From Blepharisma stoltei ATCC 30299 (taxonomy: Eukaryota > Protista > Ciliophora), in NCBI GenBank assembly GCA_965603825.1, contig CBFDEM010000018.1, forward strand, positions 372,001 to 436,000: a DNA stretch of 64,000 nucleotides, in the 5' to 3' direction. Shown in pieces: positions 25,347-36,532 of the stretch (positions are counted from its first letter, which is position 1; each line of letters begins with the position of its first letter). The notes below the pieces were generated by a model, which was not told the origin of the DNA, did no database searches, and was given only the letters and a program-made list of their open reading frames with translations. Both the position numbers and the translations under genes were made by a program.

Positions 25347-27122
25347 TTATCTAGATCTCAATGACGGCCTAAACGTGCATTGTTTCACTTCTGCCATTTC
25401 CCTCTCCTCTCTTTCCTTTACCAACTTCAACTGTTTTAATTGCTGAGTCATTGTTAACCTCTCATAAATATTCTCTGGTAAATTCCCTCTAGACTTTTCA
25501 CTTAATTTAATTGACATTTCACTAATTCTTGGTTTTTTCACTTCTTCAGGCTCAGGTTTTGTTTCCCGTTTGAGAATATACGCCTTTTCTTCAATATTCA
25601 AATTTTTCAAAAGCTCATTCATTTTTTCAACAAAAGCTGCAAAATCAAGGGTCAGATTTTCTTCTTCAATTTCTTCAAATATTGGTGCCATTATTTCACA
25701 AGTTTTATCTTCAAGCGTATCAATAGAAATATTTCCTGATGAGATGCTGCCGTCTTGATCAGAATCTAAAAGCTTAAAAATCCTTTCCAGTTGACTTGTT
25801 TTGAATTTTTCGAATATTTTTTGAGAGTTATCACTGGGCCTTCGGCCTGATATAGAAGCTTCTGCAAGTCTTTCAGTTTGCATTCTTAGCTCTTTATCAA
25901 TATTAGCAGCTTTTACGTCTTTTAGAGAATATAAATGTTCCCAAATAGGAGTGTCTGCAGATCGCTATATAAATCTTACATTGACTTTACTATAGGTTTG
26001 AGGCCGGAAAAGCTGTTGACCTGTGCTTTCGTCGTGGGTGACGATTTGGCTTTGTCTGGCAGCTTCCATTTCTTCTTCAAATTTAAGCTTGGAGTTAATT
26101 AGCCTTTCGACAAATTCTTCTTTGGTTTCGGTGGTCCTTTGCTTTGCAATGTCAGGTCTAAAACTGAACTGTTTGATGCTATTGATTTCTTGTTCAAGCT
26201 TCTTTTCTTTTCGTTTAGAAGCTTGCTGGAATAGCTCTTCGTGGACAGATTTGCTGTAGTCTCTTGATTTTAGCTGCCTCTCCTTTATAGCTGGCACGAA
26301 TGAGCATTCTTTCATTTGTTCCTCTTCAACTTCTGCTTTAATTTTTTCTTTATGCTCTTCATATTGCTTTCCTTTTTTTATTAAATAATTTTCTAGTTTA
26401 TCTTCATTTCTAGATGAGGCTACAGATCCTGATGTCTTATTAATTGACGGTGTAAACGTAAACTCTTTGGCGGATTTTTCTTCAATTTCATTTTTTTTAT
26501 TTTCGATTTTTTGTTTTGCTGTTTCTTTTTGTTTTAGGCCTTTCAAATACAACCATTCCCCATAATTCCTTTTACTAGGATTCTGCTTATTTGTATGCAG
26601 CTGACTAGTTGACGCTGAAGAAGCTGTTTTTGGTCTTGCAGTTTTCGATTGTTTTGCTAGTCTTTCATAGATGCTACCGCTTGAGATATGTGGAGCATCA
26701 TTTGGGGCATTATAATTAAAGTCATCTTTTGCAGCTGCCTTTGGCTTTTTTTTCTTATTATCTCGCTGTTGAATGACTTCTTGTTGACGGGAGCTTGAAT
26801 ATGATCCATAAAAATCTTGGACTTTTCCTGGGTCTTGGAGCTTGGCATTTTTCATAACAGCTTCTTTGTTTTGTTTAATTAAGGACTCTAAGGAATGTTG
26901 CATGGATTTGTCAAGAAAATGCTTTTTGGCGAAATCTTGAGCAAGTTGAGAGGGGTCGTCATTTTCGTAAATGATAATGATATCTTGTCGGCCGTCACCG
27001 ATTTCGACGGTCATTGCCAATAGCTCTTGGTTCTTGACTTCAGACTGACTGTTTTGATCAGGTGCAGGATTTTGATCTTCACAACTGTTTCCTTCTTCTA
27101 AGAAGTCTTCTGGTTGCTCCAT
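25347..27122 (-). CDS. PFU-like N-terminus, repeated E/QC(S/T)F.P.I motifs and EF-hand protein, ~586 aa; intron 25965-25979
   Basis: Intron gtaagatttatatag joins ORFs 25965-27122 and 25347-25883; EF loop DSDQDGSIS; repeats EFTFTPSI, ECSFVPAI, QFSFRPDI, QCTFRPSL. Confidence 0.8.
25965..25979 (-). other. 15-nt intron
   Basis: gtaagatttatatag. Confidence 0.85.
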
Positions 27123-27516
27123 TATTTAAACAATGAAAATGGTTGGGAATAGTGTTTCCTTACGGAACTGATTAAAAATTGAAAATAAATTTGAATTATT
27201 TGTGTTTTGAGGTTGCATGGATGACATTTATGGCGAAGGAGATTAAAAATGCTTTTAAATTTTATCATTATATTAAAATTGGATTAAATATAAACATTTA
27301 ACTGCACAGAATACAGTAGGTTAATATTTAAAATTATTCCCAAACACTCCTGATAACTTTTTTATCATTCTTTTGCTCTTTTATTTCTCTTTTTGAATCA
27401 ATAAATTTGATTAACAAAACACTCTCAACCCAAGTTTATACCCAATATATTATTTTTTCATCAAATTAAGAATTTATGCTTCAATTAGCAACCATTTGCA
27501 TATATGAAAAAATATT

Positions 27517-27882
27517 ATGGATTCTTCTTTAGATTCAGATAAATATTCTTCATATATCGAGGAAATTGATCAAAGTCCAACTCGCCGCGTCAATTGACCT
27601 CAAAACAGCAACTCAATCCCTGGCCCTTTTCCTATCGAAAGGCAAACTAAAACCCCAACAATTGATCTTAAAAGCCCAGCAGAAGAAGCAGGTAGAATGA
27701 GTGCCACTGAGAGTTTTGTAAGTATGAATATATTTACATCCAGATCTCCAGACCTAAATGAAAGCCCATTTGAGAAAAGAAAAAATACTGAAGATATTTC
27801 GATAGAAAATATTTCAGTTCAGCAGCATATCTTTTGTGCGGATTGCAAATGCTCAAGACAAATTGTATGTAGCCTGCTTTAA
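27517..27882 (+). CDS. small CaaX-terminated protein, ~121 aa
   Basis: ATG 27517 in frame through one TGA with ORF 27697-27882; ends CADCKCSRQIVCSLL. Confidence 0.65.
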
Positions 27883-28005
27883 ATTAGTTCTTTGGAAATT
27901 GAATATTTGGTAAACTAGTAAATCACAATTATTTAACTTATTTTTTGAAAAAATTATCTCTTCTACAGAATTTTTGAAATTTATTTTGTTTAATTTAATT
28001 CTGCT

Positions 28006-29172
28006 CTAATCGTTTTTATCTGAAGCTTTATCTGATGGCTCTTTTTTCATTTTTCCGTTTTCCCAGACTCCTTTTCTAGCTTTGCCTTTCTCATTATACA
28101 AAGTTCCTTGTCCATGTTGCTTGCCATTAAGCCAGTTTCCTTCATATTTTTTGCCATTTGGCCATCCAAAAATGCCCCATCCTTCTTTTTGGTCCATCAC
28201 ATATTGTCCTTCATAATATCTTCCATCAGACCACTTGAAAATGCCTTTGCCATGCATTTTATTGTTTTTCCATTCCCCTTCATATTCTCTATCATTATTC
28301 CAGACATATTTTCCTCTCCCTTCGATTTGATTATTTACAAATTCTCCTTCATAATGACTTCCATCAGCCCAAGAGAATTTTCCGAACCCATTTTTCTCTC
28401 CATCTTTATATTGTCCTTCATATCTTGACCCATCAGGCCAGCTTTCAATTCCCATTCCTGACTGTTTGCCCATAGCCCATTCGCCTTCATATACATTTTT
28501 CATTGCATAAACCATTTTTCCTTTCCCTTGCATTTGGCCTTCAACCCAGTCTCCTTCATATACATCTCCAGATGGGGAAATTCTTCTAGCTTTTCCATGA
28601 AGTTTGCCTGATTTCCAATATCCTTCAGAAATAGATCCATCAGTTGCGTATAGTGTCCCTTTCCCATTTTGCAAACCTTCTGAGCTCCATTCGCCTACAT
28701 AAACGCTTCCATCAGGATTTTTGACTGGGCCTTTTGCAGTTGCTCCAGGAGTGGGGCTATAGTTGAAGTTAAACGGCCCTAGGCTTGATATCATATCTTT
28801 GGCAAGAGGGCTTATAAGGTGGCTTGGAATTTCGTTCAGTTCTTGGAGACTTGGAGCTTTAGTAGGGGCTGCTTGTTCTTTTGCTGGAGGTTGAGAATTT
28901 ATGGTAACTTTGGAATTTGCTGCAAAAGATTTCCTAGCGAGATAGCCTCTGCAGGCAGATTGGACTTTAATGGTGTCTATTTTGGATAGAGCTGGCTTAA
29001 TAGGCTCAGGAGATATTGCTTCTACTTGAACGTTGGCTGTAGTTACAGCTGATGGAGTAGGCGAAGGCAACAATTCTGATTGAAGCTTGTAATTCTTATT
29101 AGTAGGAGCAGGGTTGTCTAGAGCTATTCCTCCTTCTTCTTTTTTTGAATGCATACAGTTGCACGAACCCAT
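28006..29172 (-). CDS. N-acylated IQ-motif MORN-repeat protein, ~388 aa
   Basis: MGSCNC start at 29172; VQSACRGYLARK IQ motif; about nine YEGEW..G..HG.G MORN repeats. Confidence 0.92.
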   Translation of the reverse strand: MGSCNCMHSKKEEGGIALDNPAPTNKNYKLQSELLPSPTPSAVTTANVQVEAISPEPIKPALSKIDTIKVQSACRGYLARKSFAANSKVTINSQPPAKEQAAPTKAPSLQELNEIPSHLISPLAKDMISSLGPFNFNYSPTPGATAKGPVKNPDGSVYVGEWSSEGLQNGKGTLYATDGSISEGYWKSGKLHGKARRISPSGDVYEGDWVEGQMQGKGKMVYAMKNVYEGEWAMGKQSGMGIESWPDGSRYEGQYKDGEKNGFGKFSWADGSHYEGEFVNNQIEGRGKYVWNNDREYEGEWKNNKMHGKGIFKWSDGRYYEGQYVMDQKEGWGIFGWPNGKKYEGNWLNGKQHGQGTLYNEKGKARKGVWENGKMKKEPSDKASDKND

Positions 29173-30051
29173 TTTTGTATAGCTTGGAAATAGTTTATTG
29201 ACGATTAATTTATTTAAAAATGTTAGCTTGACTTTGAATAGATGCAAGCTAAATGTGAACTTTGGAGATTTGTGAGACCAAGAGATTGAATTTTAGAATA
29301 CTGAATAAGCTTTATGACAGAAAAAATTAGGGTAAATATTTTTGGTTATGAATTGCTTGGTTTTTAAAAATTTTAGATCAAATCAGTGGAGAAAGCTATA
29401 TTATGAATAAAGATAAGTAAATTATAAGAGCAATTTTTATAATTTTTATTGTGCATTAATTAAAATTAAGAAAATATTAATAAAATTCGAATTCAATAGA
29501 TTTTTTGAACTTAATTTTATTATTGAAAGATTTTTTAAATTTAATAAGGCAAACTTATTTAATTGTAGCTTTATTCTTCGAGGTCAAAATAATTAAATTT
29601 ATATTGAAATTTAAAGCCTTTATTTGCAACAGTTTAATTTTATTTAATTAGTTTTGTAAATAGATTGAAAATTAATAAAGATAGCATTTTAGAGAATCTA
29701 TTTTTTGCTAGGAGGCTATAGAAACTATCTTTCAAGCTTATATCTACACTTATAAGCTCTAGATATTAGCAACCCATCTATATGATTTTTCTATATCCTT
29801 CCTATTATCAAATCAAAATTATTTTTTGATATCTCATTTAATGCTAAGCAACATAAAGCCATTGATATAAATTTGTCTTCTTTCTTTACTTACCAAAACT
29901 CATCTTTTCGTATATAGGGACTGATTTTTGCATTTTTTCTCTCCGGTTTGACTTTGAATCATCAATTACTTCTGGATTTAAAATCCATTTTGACGACTTT
30001 TTCTGACCCATTTTATATCCCATCACTCTGAGACTTATATCTAATATTTCC

Positions 30052-33000
30052 ATGAGCAAGCCACTCCATTATTACCAAGGAGATAATACTTTCTATCCAT
30101 CAGGACAAGAGAGAGATGTTACTTCAATGAGCTTCCGCCAACAAATTATTTACCTCATGCAGCAAACACGTGATGAGCAGCCTCGGTCACAAAGGATCTC
30201 GTTAGAAGAAGATGTAGATGAGCTAAACGAATATTTACTTCAAGAGAAAATTAGAGTAAGCCATATATAGAACACCCTCCCTAGCCCTTCAAAACAAGCC
30301 TTACGAAATAAGTATATTGAAGAAGCTTGCAAAGTTTTTAAACTGATTAAAAAAAGTGTATATGCAGAGAGAAAACCTATAAAATTGGGATCCAACGAGA
30401 TCATGGTGTGCACCTGTAAGCAGCCTTATCGCATTCCAGAAGGCAAACATGCTGGAAAGCTTACGATCGCATGTGGCCGCACTTGTTTGAATAGAGTTAT
30501 CAGTACTGAATGCTACTTGGGCAGTTGCCCGCTCGGTGAACTTTGCACAAATAGAAGATTTCAGCTTCAGCAGCATGCCCAAGTTTATCCGATTAAAACA
30601 GAAAACCGTGGGTGGGGGTTGGCAGCAGGGCAGTTTATTAAAAAAGGTACTTTTGTAATCCAGTATCTTGGTGAAATATATTCAATAGACTCGCCTATCG
30701 GAATCAAAAGACTTGAAAAGTATAGAGGAAAGGAGTGCACCTACCTGATGTCAACTTCACACAATGAAGTAATAGATCCTACCAAAAAGGGAAACCTAGC
30801 TAGATTTATAAATCATTCATGTGAGCCTAATTGTGAAACACAGAAGTGGAACGTCTTAGGAGAAATATGTGTCGGGATTTTCGCAAAGAGAGATATATAT
30901 GAAGATGAAGAATTGACTTTTGATTATAGGTTTGATACACACAAAACATCACTGACCAAGTGCTTATGTGGAGCTGCAAAGTGCAGAAAGTACTTAGGAC
31001 TGATCCCTTCAGATTACCAATCTTCTGAAGATTGACTTAAAAGGCTTGATAAGATGAAATGCAGCATTTGCAAAAAAAGCAGCGAAGAAGACGAGTATTT
31101 AGTCCTATGTGATGGCTGTAACAAAGGATGGCATATATATTGCTTAAAACCGCCGCTTGAGGAAATTCCAAGTGGAGAATGGATGTGCCAAAAATGCACA
31201 TTAAAACATAAGCCTAAAGGAGAAAAAAAGCCAAAAAAAGAAAAATCCCCAGAACTTATAGAAGATCTTATTAAAAAAATTGAGCCACCACAAGAAATCC
31301 TTATGATGGTAGAAAAAAGGACATTAGATGCTCTCAGGAATCATTTAGATGATATTTTAGAAAAAGATGTAAAGCTTTTTTGGGGAAAATGTAATGACCA
31401 AGGACAATATGAAGTCACTATAAGAGGAGCGAATTCTCAGTATGTAGAAATGTTTATTGAGCAGCTGTCACAAGAGGTGAAGCCTGAAGTGCAAGTGCCT
31501 GACGAAATTACTGAGATTGAGCTGAAGGTAGAAGCTCTTTATTTGAAAAAACTTGTGAAATCATTTTCTAATATGCAGCATAAAGGTAATATATCTTACG
31601 ACCAGACGCTATTGACTGATGATATCTATCCCTTAGACAAACTTACCAGCATATATATTTCAGGACACAGACAAAGTATTGAAGGATTTGCAGAAGAAAT
31701 TTTGAATATTTTAGACACATTTCAGACCTCTACCATTTATTTTTCGATAACTGAAGCTTCGATACTGATGAGGAATATAATTAACTTCAAAAATTTATTA
31801 CATCCGGCTGAAATTAGAGTATCAAAAGAGCAAGTTACCAACGAATCTCCCCACCCATTTTATTTTTATTCAAGACTAGAAAGAAAAGTTGTATTAATAG
31901 GAACAGAAAAGTAATTTTTATTTAGGGAAATTGATGAAGCTTGTAGAGTGATCACAGCATGGTTCAATCAGCAGCTTAAAGGAGAACAGGAGCACTCATT
32001 CAATTTTATACTTCCAGTTAAAGTGTGCAAATATCTAAATCGATACAAAATGGACATCATCAAAGAGCTAAACCAAATGCATGCATTTGTCATACCTTTA
32101 ATCAAATTTTTCGAACCACTGCCACCAAGGAAGTACCTCACAGTTTACATTGTTGGAACATGAAAACAAATAATAGCAGCAAAAATAAAAATTATTGAAA
32201 TAGCAGATAACTATACAGAAAACAATGAAATCAATAAATTTTTTTCTTTTGTTACAGCTCAAATGTTTCGCCATATTATTAAAAACACAGCAAAGTTTAT
32301 TCATGCAATGGAGAAAAGATTTTTCAGCAGAAATGCTCAGGAATTAGAAGTTTGAAAATATTGCCCACAAAGGCACTATATTCTTGGATTTTGGGATGTA
32401 TATTCCGCTGAACTGTTGTGTGGTGAGCAAGGGAATGAGAAGATAGAATCATTTAGAAGCCAAGTCCTTAGTCATTTATTAGAAGACGCAGATACACTAA
32501 TTAACTTGCTTAGACTTTCAGGCAGCGAAAGTCAAATGCAATATCTTATAGAAACCAGATGGAAAATCACTCTAGAAGAAGCTCTCCAGTTCGGCATCAA
32601 TTTTTTCACAAGTTTTAACAAAAAATTTGAAGGCAATGGAAAAATGGGATACGTGAACAACAGTCTTGAAGAGCTGAAAAATCAATTAATTGATATGAGC
32701 GAAGATGAGCAATGAGAAGAAAACGACCGTTTTAAAATTATAGATAAGGCCATGAGAGAAATAGACCAAGATATTTCTTTTAAATCTTTTACAGCTCTTC
32801 CTACCAGCTATGGTGTAGACTATGATAACTCAGCTCCATCTCCTGATGTCGAAAGCAGACTTAGCAATTTTTTTACGTCTTTACAGCAAAGGAAATTTAT
32901 TATGGGCGATGAAAACCCTTATCCACAAATAATTGAACCTACTCTAGTAAATCCTGAAGTTAGAGACAATGCTGATATTGTTGTTGGGTGCTCAAAACAC

Positions 33001-33069
33001 TCCAGAAATTTTCTTTATGTGGTTTTCCCTGAGAAAGCTCGAACATTAGGCATTCAAAATTTGAGGTAA
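30052..33069 (+). CDS. SET2/NSD/ASH1-type histone lysine methyltransferase (AWS-SET-postSET-PHD plus long C-terminus), ~995 aa; introns 30256-30270 and 31911-31925
   Basis: CLNR...EC..C.N.RFQ, RGWGL, GNLARFINHSCEPNC, ELTFDY, CLCGA.KCR, PHD C..C...CDGC...H..CL.PPL...W.C..C; four TGAs and two 15-nt introns give one frame. Confidence 0.88.
30256..30270 (+). other. 15-nt intron
   Basis: gtaagccatatatag. Confidence 0.85.
31911..31925 (+). other. 15-nt intron
   Basis: gtaatttttatttag. Confidence 0.85.
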
Positions 33070-33435
33070 TAATATTTGTCATAAACTTATCTTAAACGGA
33101 ATATAATAAGTGTTAGTTGATTGCACATCATATATGTGTTTTGATTAGTAATTTTTGATGAATGAATATATATGTGAATAAGAAGAGATTATAATCTTCA
33201 TGCCATCGTGATATGAGCTATCGGGCGTATCCAAGCATATTCGATGTATAAGTATAGTAAAGAAAGTTAATGATACAAGTTTATAACATTAATCTAGTTA
33301 TGATTTTAAGTATTGGGAAAATATGAATTTAAGCACTCCAATTTTTATTTGTTCAATTGATTTATTCTTAATTTCCAGTATTTTATTATTGGGAATAAAA
33401 GTATGATTTATTTTTGTCATAACTTTTCTTATAAA

Positions 33436-35451
33436 ATGAAAATAAGGTCACAAATGTTGTTTTGGCTACTGACTGGGCTAATGTTTATAGAAAAAGGAAT
33501 AGAGTCTTCGACTATTTTAATTTCCCTCCTCTGAAATAGTTGTTGCATCATACCCACAAAGCCAATTCAAATAATCCTCGCATTACCGATTTTATGTGCA
33601 AATACGTACAATTTTGATCAATCTCTCTACACTTTTGCATCGTTTTGGCTGATAATTCTTTTCACTCCACTCTTTGTAGATTTTCATAAAGGCAAGCTAG
33701 AAGTTATTTTGTTTATAGAAGAAATCTTTAACTTCGTTTTTTATGGGTTCAGAGGCTTTTGAATCGAGTTTTCATTTTTACTACTATCTGGCTATATCCC
33801 TCTGAAGTGAACTGAATACACAAATGAAATTGAATCAGTCAAAGCCAAACTCAGATCTCAAGCAGAGCTCGTCTTCAAAGTGAGAGACGAATTAAAAGGG
33901 CTCGTAGAGGAGCAAGAATTCAAACATTTCACAGAAAGCCCAAGCTTAGTAACACAAAAGAGAAAAAGAATTGTGGAGAAGCTTAGGAACATGAAAGAAA
34001 GACGAAGCTCATTTAGCATAAGAAAACAAAGTGTCGATTTCCAAAGCACTAAAAACTCTGACAGTGAAGAATCAGACAGATTTAATAGCGACAATGAAGG
34101 CTTTTATGGCGAGCACGAACTTCATTTATTTTCTGATTTATCTAGGTCAGGGTCTTTTGACGAGCTTTCTAGTAACGAAATTCAAAATATCATCCAAACC
34201 TTAATAAGCCAAGAATTTTTATCTTGACATACAAATGGCACATTAAATGCCCAAAGCTCGACAAATATTTTGTCAGAGCTTCAAGAAATTTATTCACAAA
34301 ATTTTGTTAATAAAGAAAAAACACTAAAAAGACCAATGAAGCTGAAACAGACAAAAAGTGCTAATAGGATCAGAGAAGGGGTTCAAAATAATGCAGCTTT
34401 ACTAGAGTTGTTTGAGTCTATTGGAGAGTGGAATTTTGACACACTAGGAGCTATAAAGCACACAAAACAGCCTATTTTTGAAATAGGGCAATATATTTAT
34501 GATTCCCTTGGGATCACTGAACATTTTTCTATTTCCAAAACAAAAATCACACAATTTTTAACAGAAGTCGAGGAAAAATACCGACCTCAAAATTTTTTCC
34601 ATAATTCTATTCATGGGGCTGATGTGTGCTGCTCTGTTGTATTTTTACTAAAAAATGGTTTACAGCTATGCGGCTCGTTATTGGATTTAGATATTTTTGC
34701 TATTATAACCGCAGCTTTATGCCACGATATTGGGCATCTTGGTCTCAATAACGCATTTTTAATAGCTTCATTTCATCCATTAGCATATAAATATAACGAT
34801 CAAAGTGTATTAGAAAACATGCATGTAGCGACCACATTTAAAATACTCCATCGGACAAATACCAATATATGTGAGAGCCTTTCGAAGGCTGATTTTCTTG
34901 CTTTTAGGAAAACACTGATACAAACTATTTTGGCGACAGACTTACAGAAGCATTTTATTAAGCAAGAAGAGTTTAGGACTGCACTGAATAAAGAAGAATT
35001 CCCAAGTTTAAATGATGATGGATTTAGGTCAATTGTGCTACAGATTGTGCTTAAATGTGCTGATCTTGGGCATGTAGCTAAAAAATTAGATATCCATAAA
35101 AGATGGACAGCTTTGATTACGAAAGAGTTATACTTGCAAGGAGAAAAAGAAATAGAGGCAGGGCTACCTTTAACACCTCTTTGCGATAAATCAAATTTAG
35201 ATATCGGCTCATCACAAAAAGGATTCCTTACAGTTGTGGCAAGACCTCTGTTTTTGCTCTTTGAAGAGTATATATTGAAATGCAATGATGGAGGTGAGGA
35301 TGAGCTTCCAATACAAATTTGTTGCCAATTGATCGATGAAAATACACAATTTTGGGAAGACGAGCACAAGAGATATGAAAATAAACAGCCTTCAGAATTT
35401 TTACTTGATAATAATGGCCCACCTCTATTACAAGAGGATCAATTAAAATAA
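33436..35451 (+). CDS. membrane-anchored class I cyclic nucleotide phosphodiesterase, ~671 aa
   Basis: Hydrophobic N-terminus from ATG 33436 (4 TGAs read through); FHNSIHGAD, CHDIGH.G.NN.FL, LENMH, ILATD, KCADLGH, SQKGF. Confidence 0.88.
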
Positions 35452-35582
35452 AAAATGGTCAATTTTGGATAAGAATCGATTTTTCAATATGCTAAAAATA
35501 AGCTTAACTTAAAATTAAAAAATTAATAAATTCTATTTCAATAATAACAAAATGGGGTGAAAAAACTGATATTAAAATAATT

Positions 35583-36137
35583 ATGCTGTCTCCAAAAAGC
35601 AGTCCTAAGCGGCGCTCCACTTTTGTCAAAAATTTCAGAAAAAAGAGACAAGCAACCGAAATCAAGCTTAGGGATATGTCGTTCACTGCTCTCCCTCCTA
35701 TAATTGAAGAAGAAAAACCCCGAAAAAATAGTTTGATTACACCAAGAAGCAGCATGGTTGACGAAAAGTTCTGTGAAAGCTTAGATATAAAAAGCTCGCT
35801 ATATGATGATGTAACAACCCAAGGGTCAGTATCTGGCCGTAACTCAGTGCTATCTAACTACTCTATGGATAACTTTGATAGGCTAAACAATTCAACTATT
35901 GATGACGACATCAGGGAGGAGACAATCGAACTTACTTTACCCAAAAAATATGGGCCATTTCCAAGAGAAAAAGCAATAACAACAGATAATCGGAGCGAAA
36001 ATAATAAAGCTACGCAGATTACGGCAGAAGAAAATTCAAACTGCAGTTATGAATCTAACGATTCTTATTCATGGAAGGTGAATTCGTTGACTGCCTTCTT
36101 GGCGGCATCGTCTGCGTTAATAATTGGCTTCTTTTAG
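35583..36137 (+). CDS. hypothetical protein, possibly tail-anchored
   Basis: Polar ORF ending in hydrophobic LTAFLAASSALIIGFF-TAG. Confidence 0.65.
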   Translation: MLSPKSSPKRRSTFVKNFRKKRQATEIKLRDMSFTALPPIIEEEKPRKNSLITPRSSMVDEKFCESLDIKSSLYDDVTTQGSVSGRNSVLSNYSMDNFDRLNNSTIDDDIREETIELTLPKKYGPFPREKAITTDNRSENNKATQITAEENSNCSYESNDSYSWKVNSLTAFLAASSALIIGFF

Positions 36138-36532
36138 AGCCATTGAAATTGATAATATAAAGCACTTGGTGTCTATATATTAGCCTTTTTATACTACCAT
36201 TTCATAGCTATTTAAAATAAATCTTTTAGGTCTTTTGATAGTAAATCATTATCAATGAAGAAATCTTTTGAAAAAAAAAAACCAGCAGAAACTGTATATT
36301 ATTACCTTAAGAGTTTAGCCAAGATTATTTATATGCTATATAATTAAAATAATCGTTCAATTTATAACAATCTCTTAAAATTTCCTTCCATTAAGTGCGC
36401 AGTTTCATTCTTATTTAAATAATGAGAATTTTAAAAAAAAATTTAAAATTCTGCATTAAATCAAGCTTTCCAGAATTTTCCGGTCTAATCTGATTTAAAG
36501 CTATTTAAGGAAGCATATTATAACTTGTATAT

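Noticed and set aside
29173-29247. N-terminal extensions in the ORF track (also 53678-53797 and 5629-5634)
   Set aside because: Downstream ATGs give typical N-termini (MGSC, MSDE, MGCC); the extensions look like UTR or use non-ATG starts.
34800-35369. Long antisense ORFs (also 58809-59300, 45404-45817 and others)
   Set aside because: Shadow frames of well-supported genes on the opposite strand.
36420-36458. Inverted repeat agaattttaaa/tttaaaattct
   Set aside because: Low-complexity AT sequence, expected by chance.
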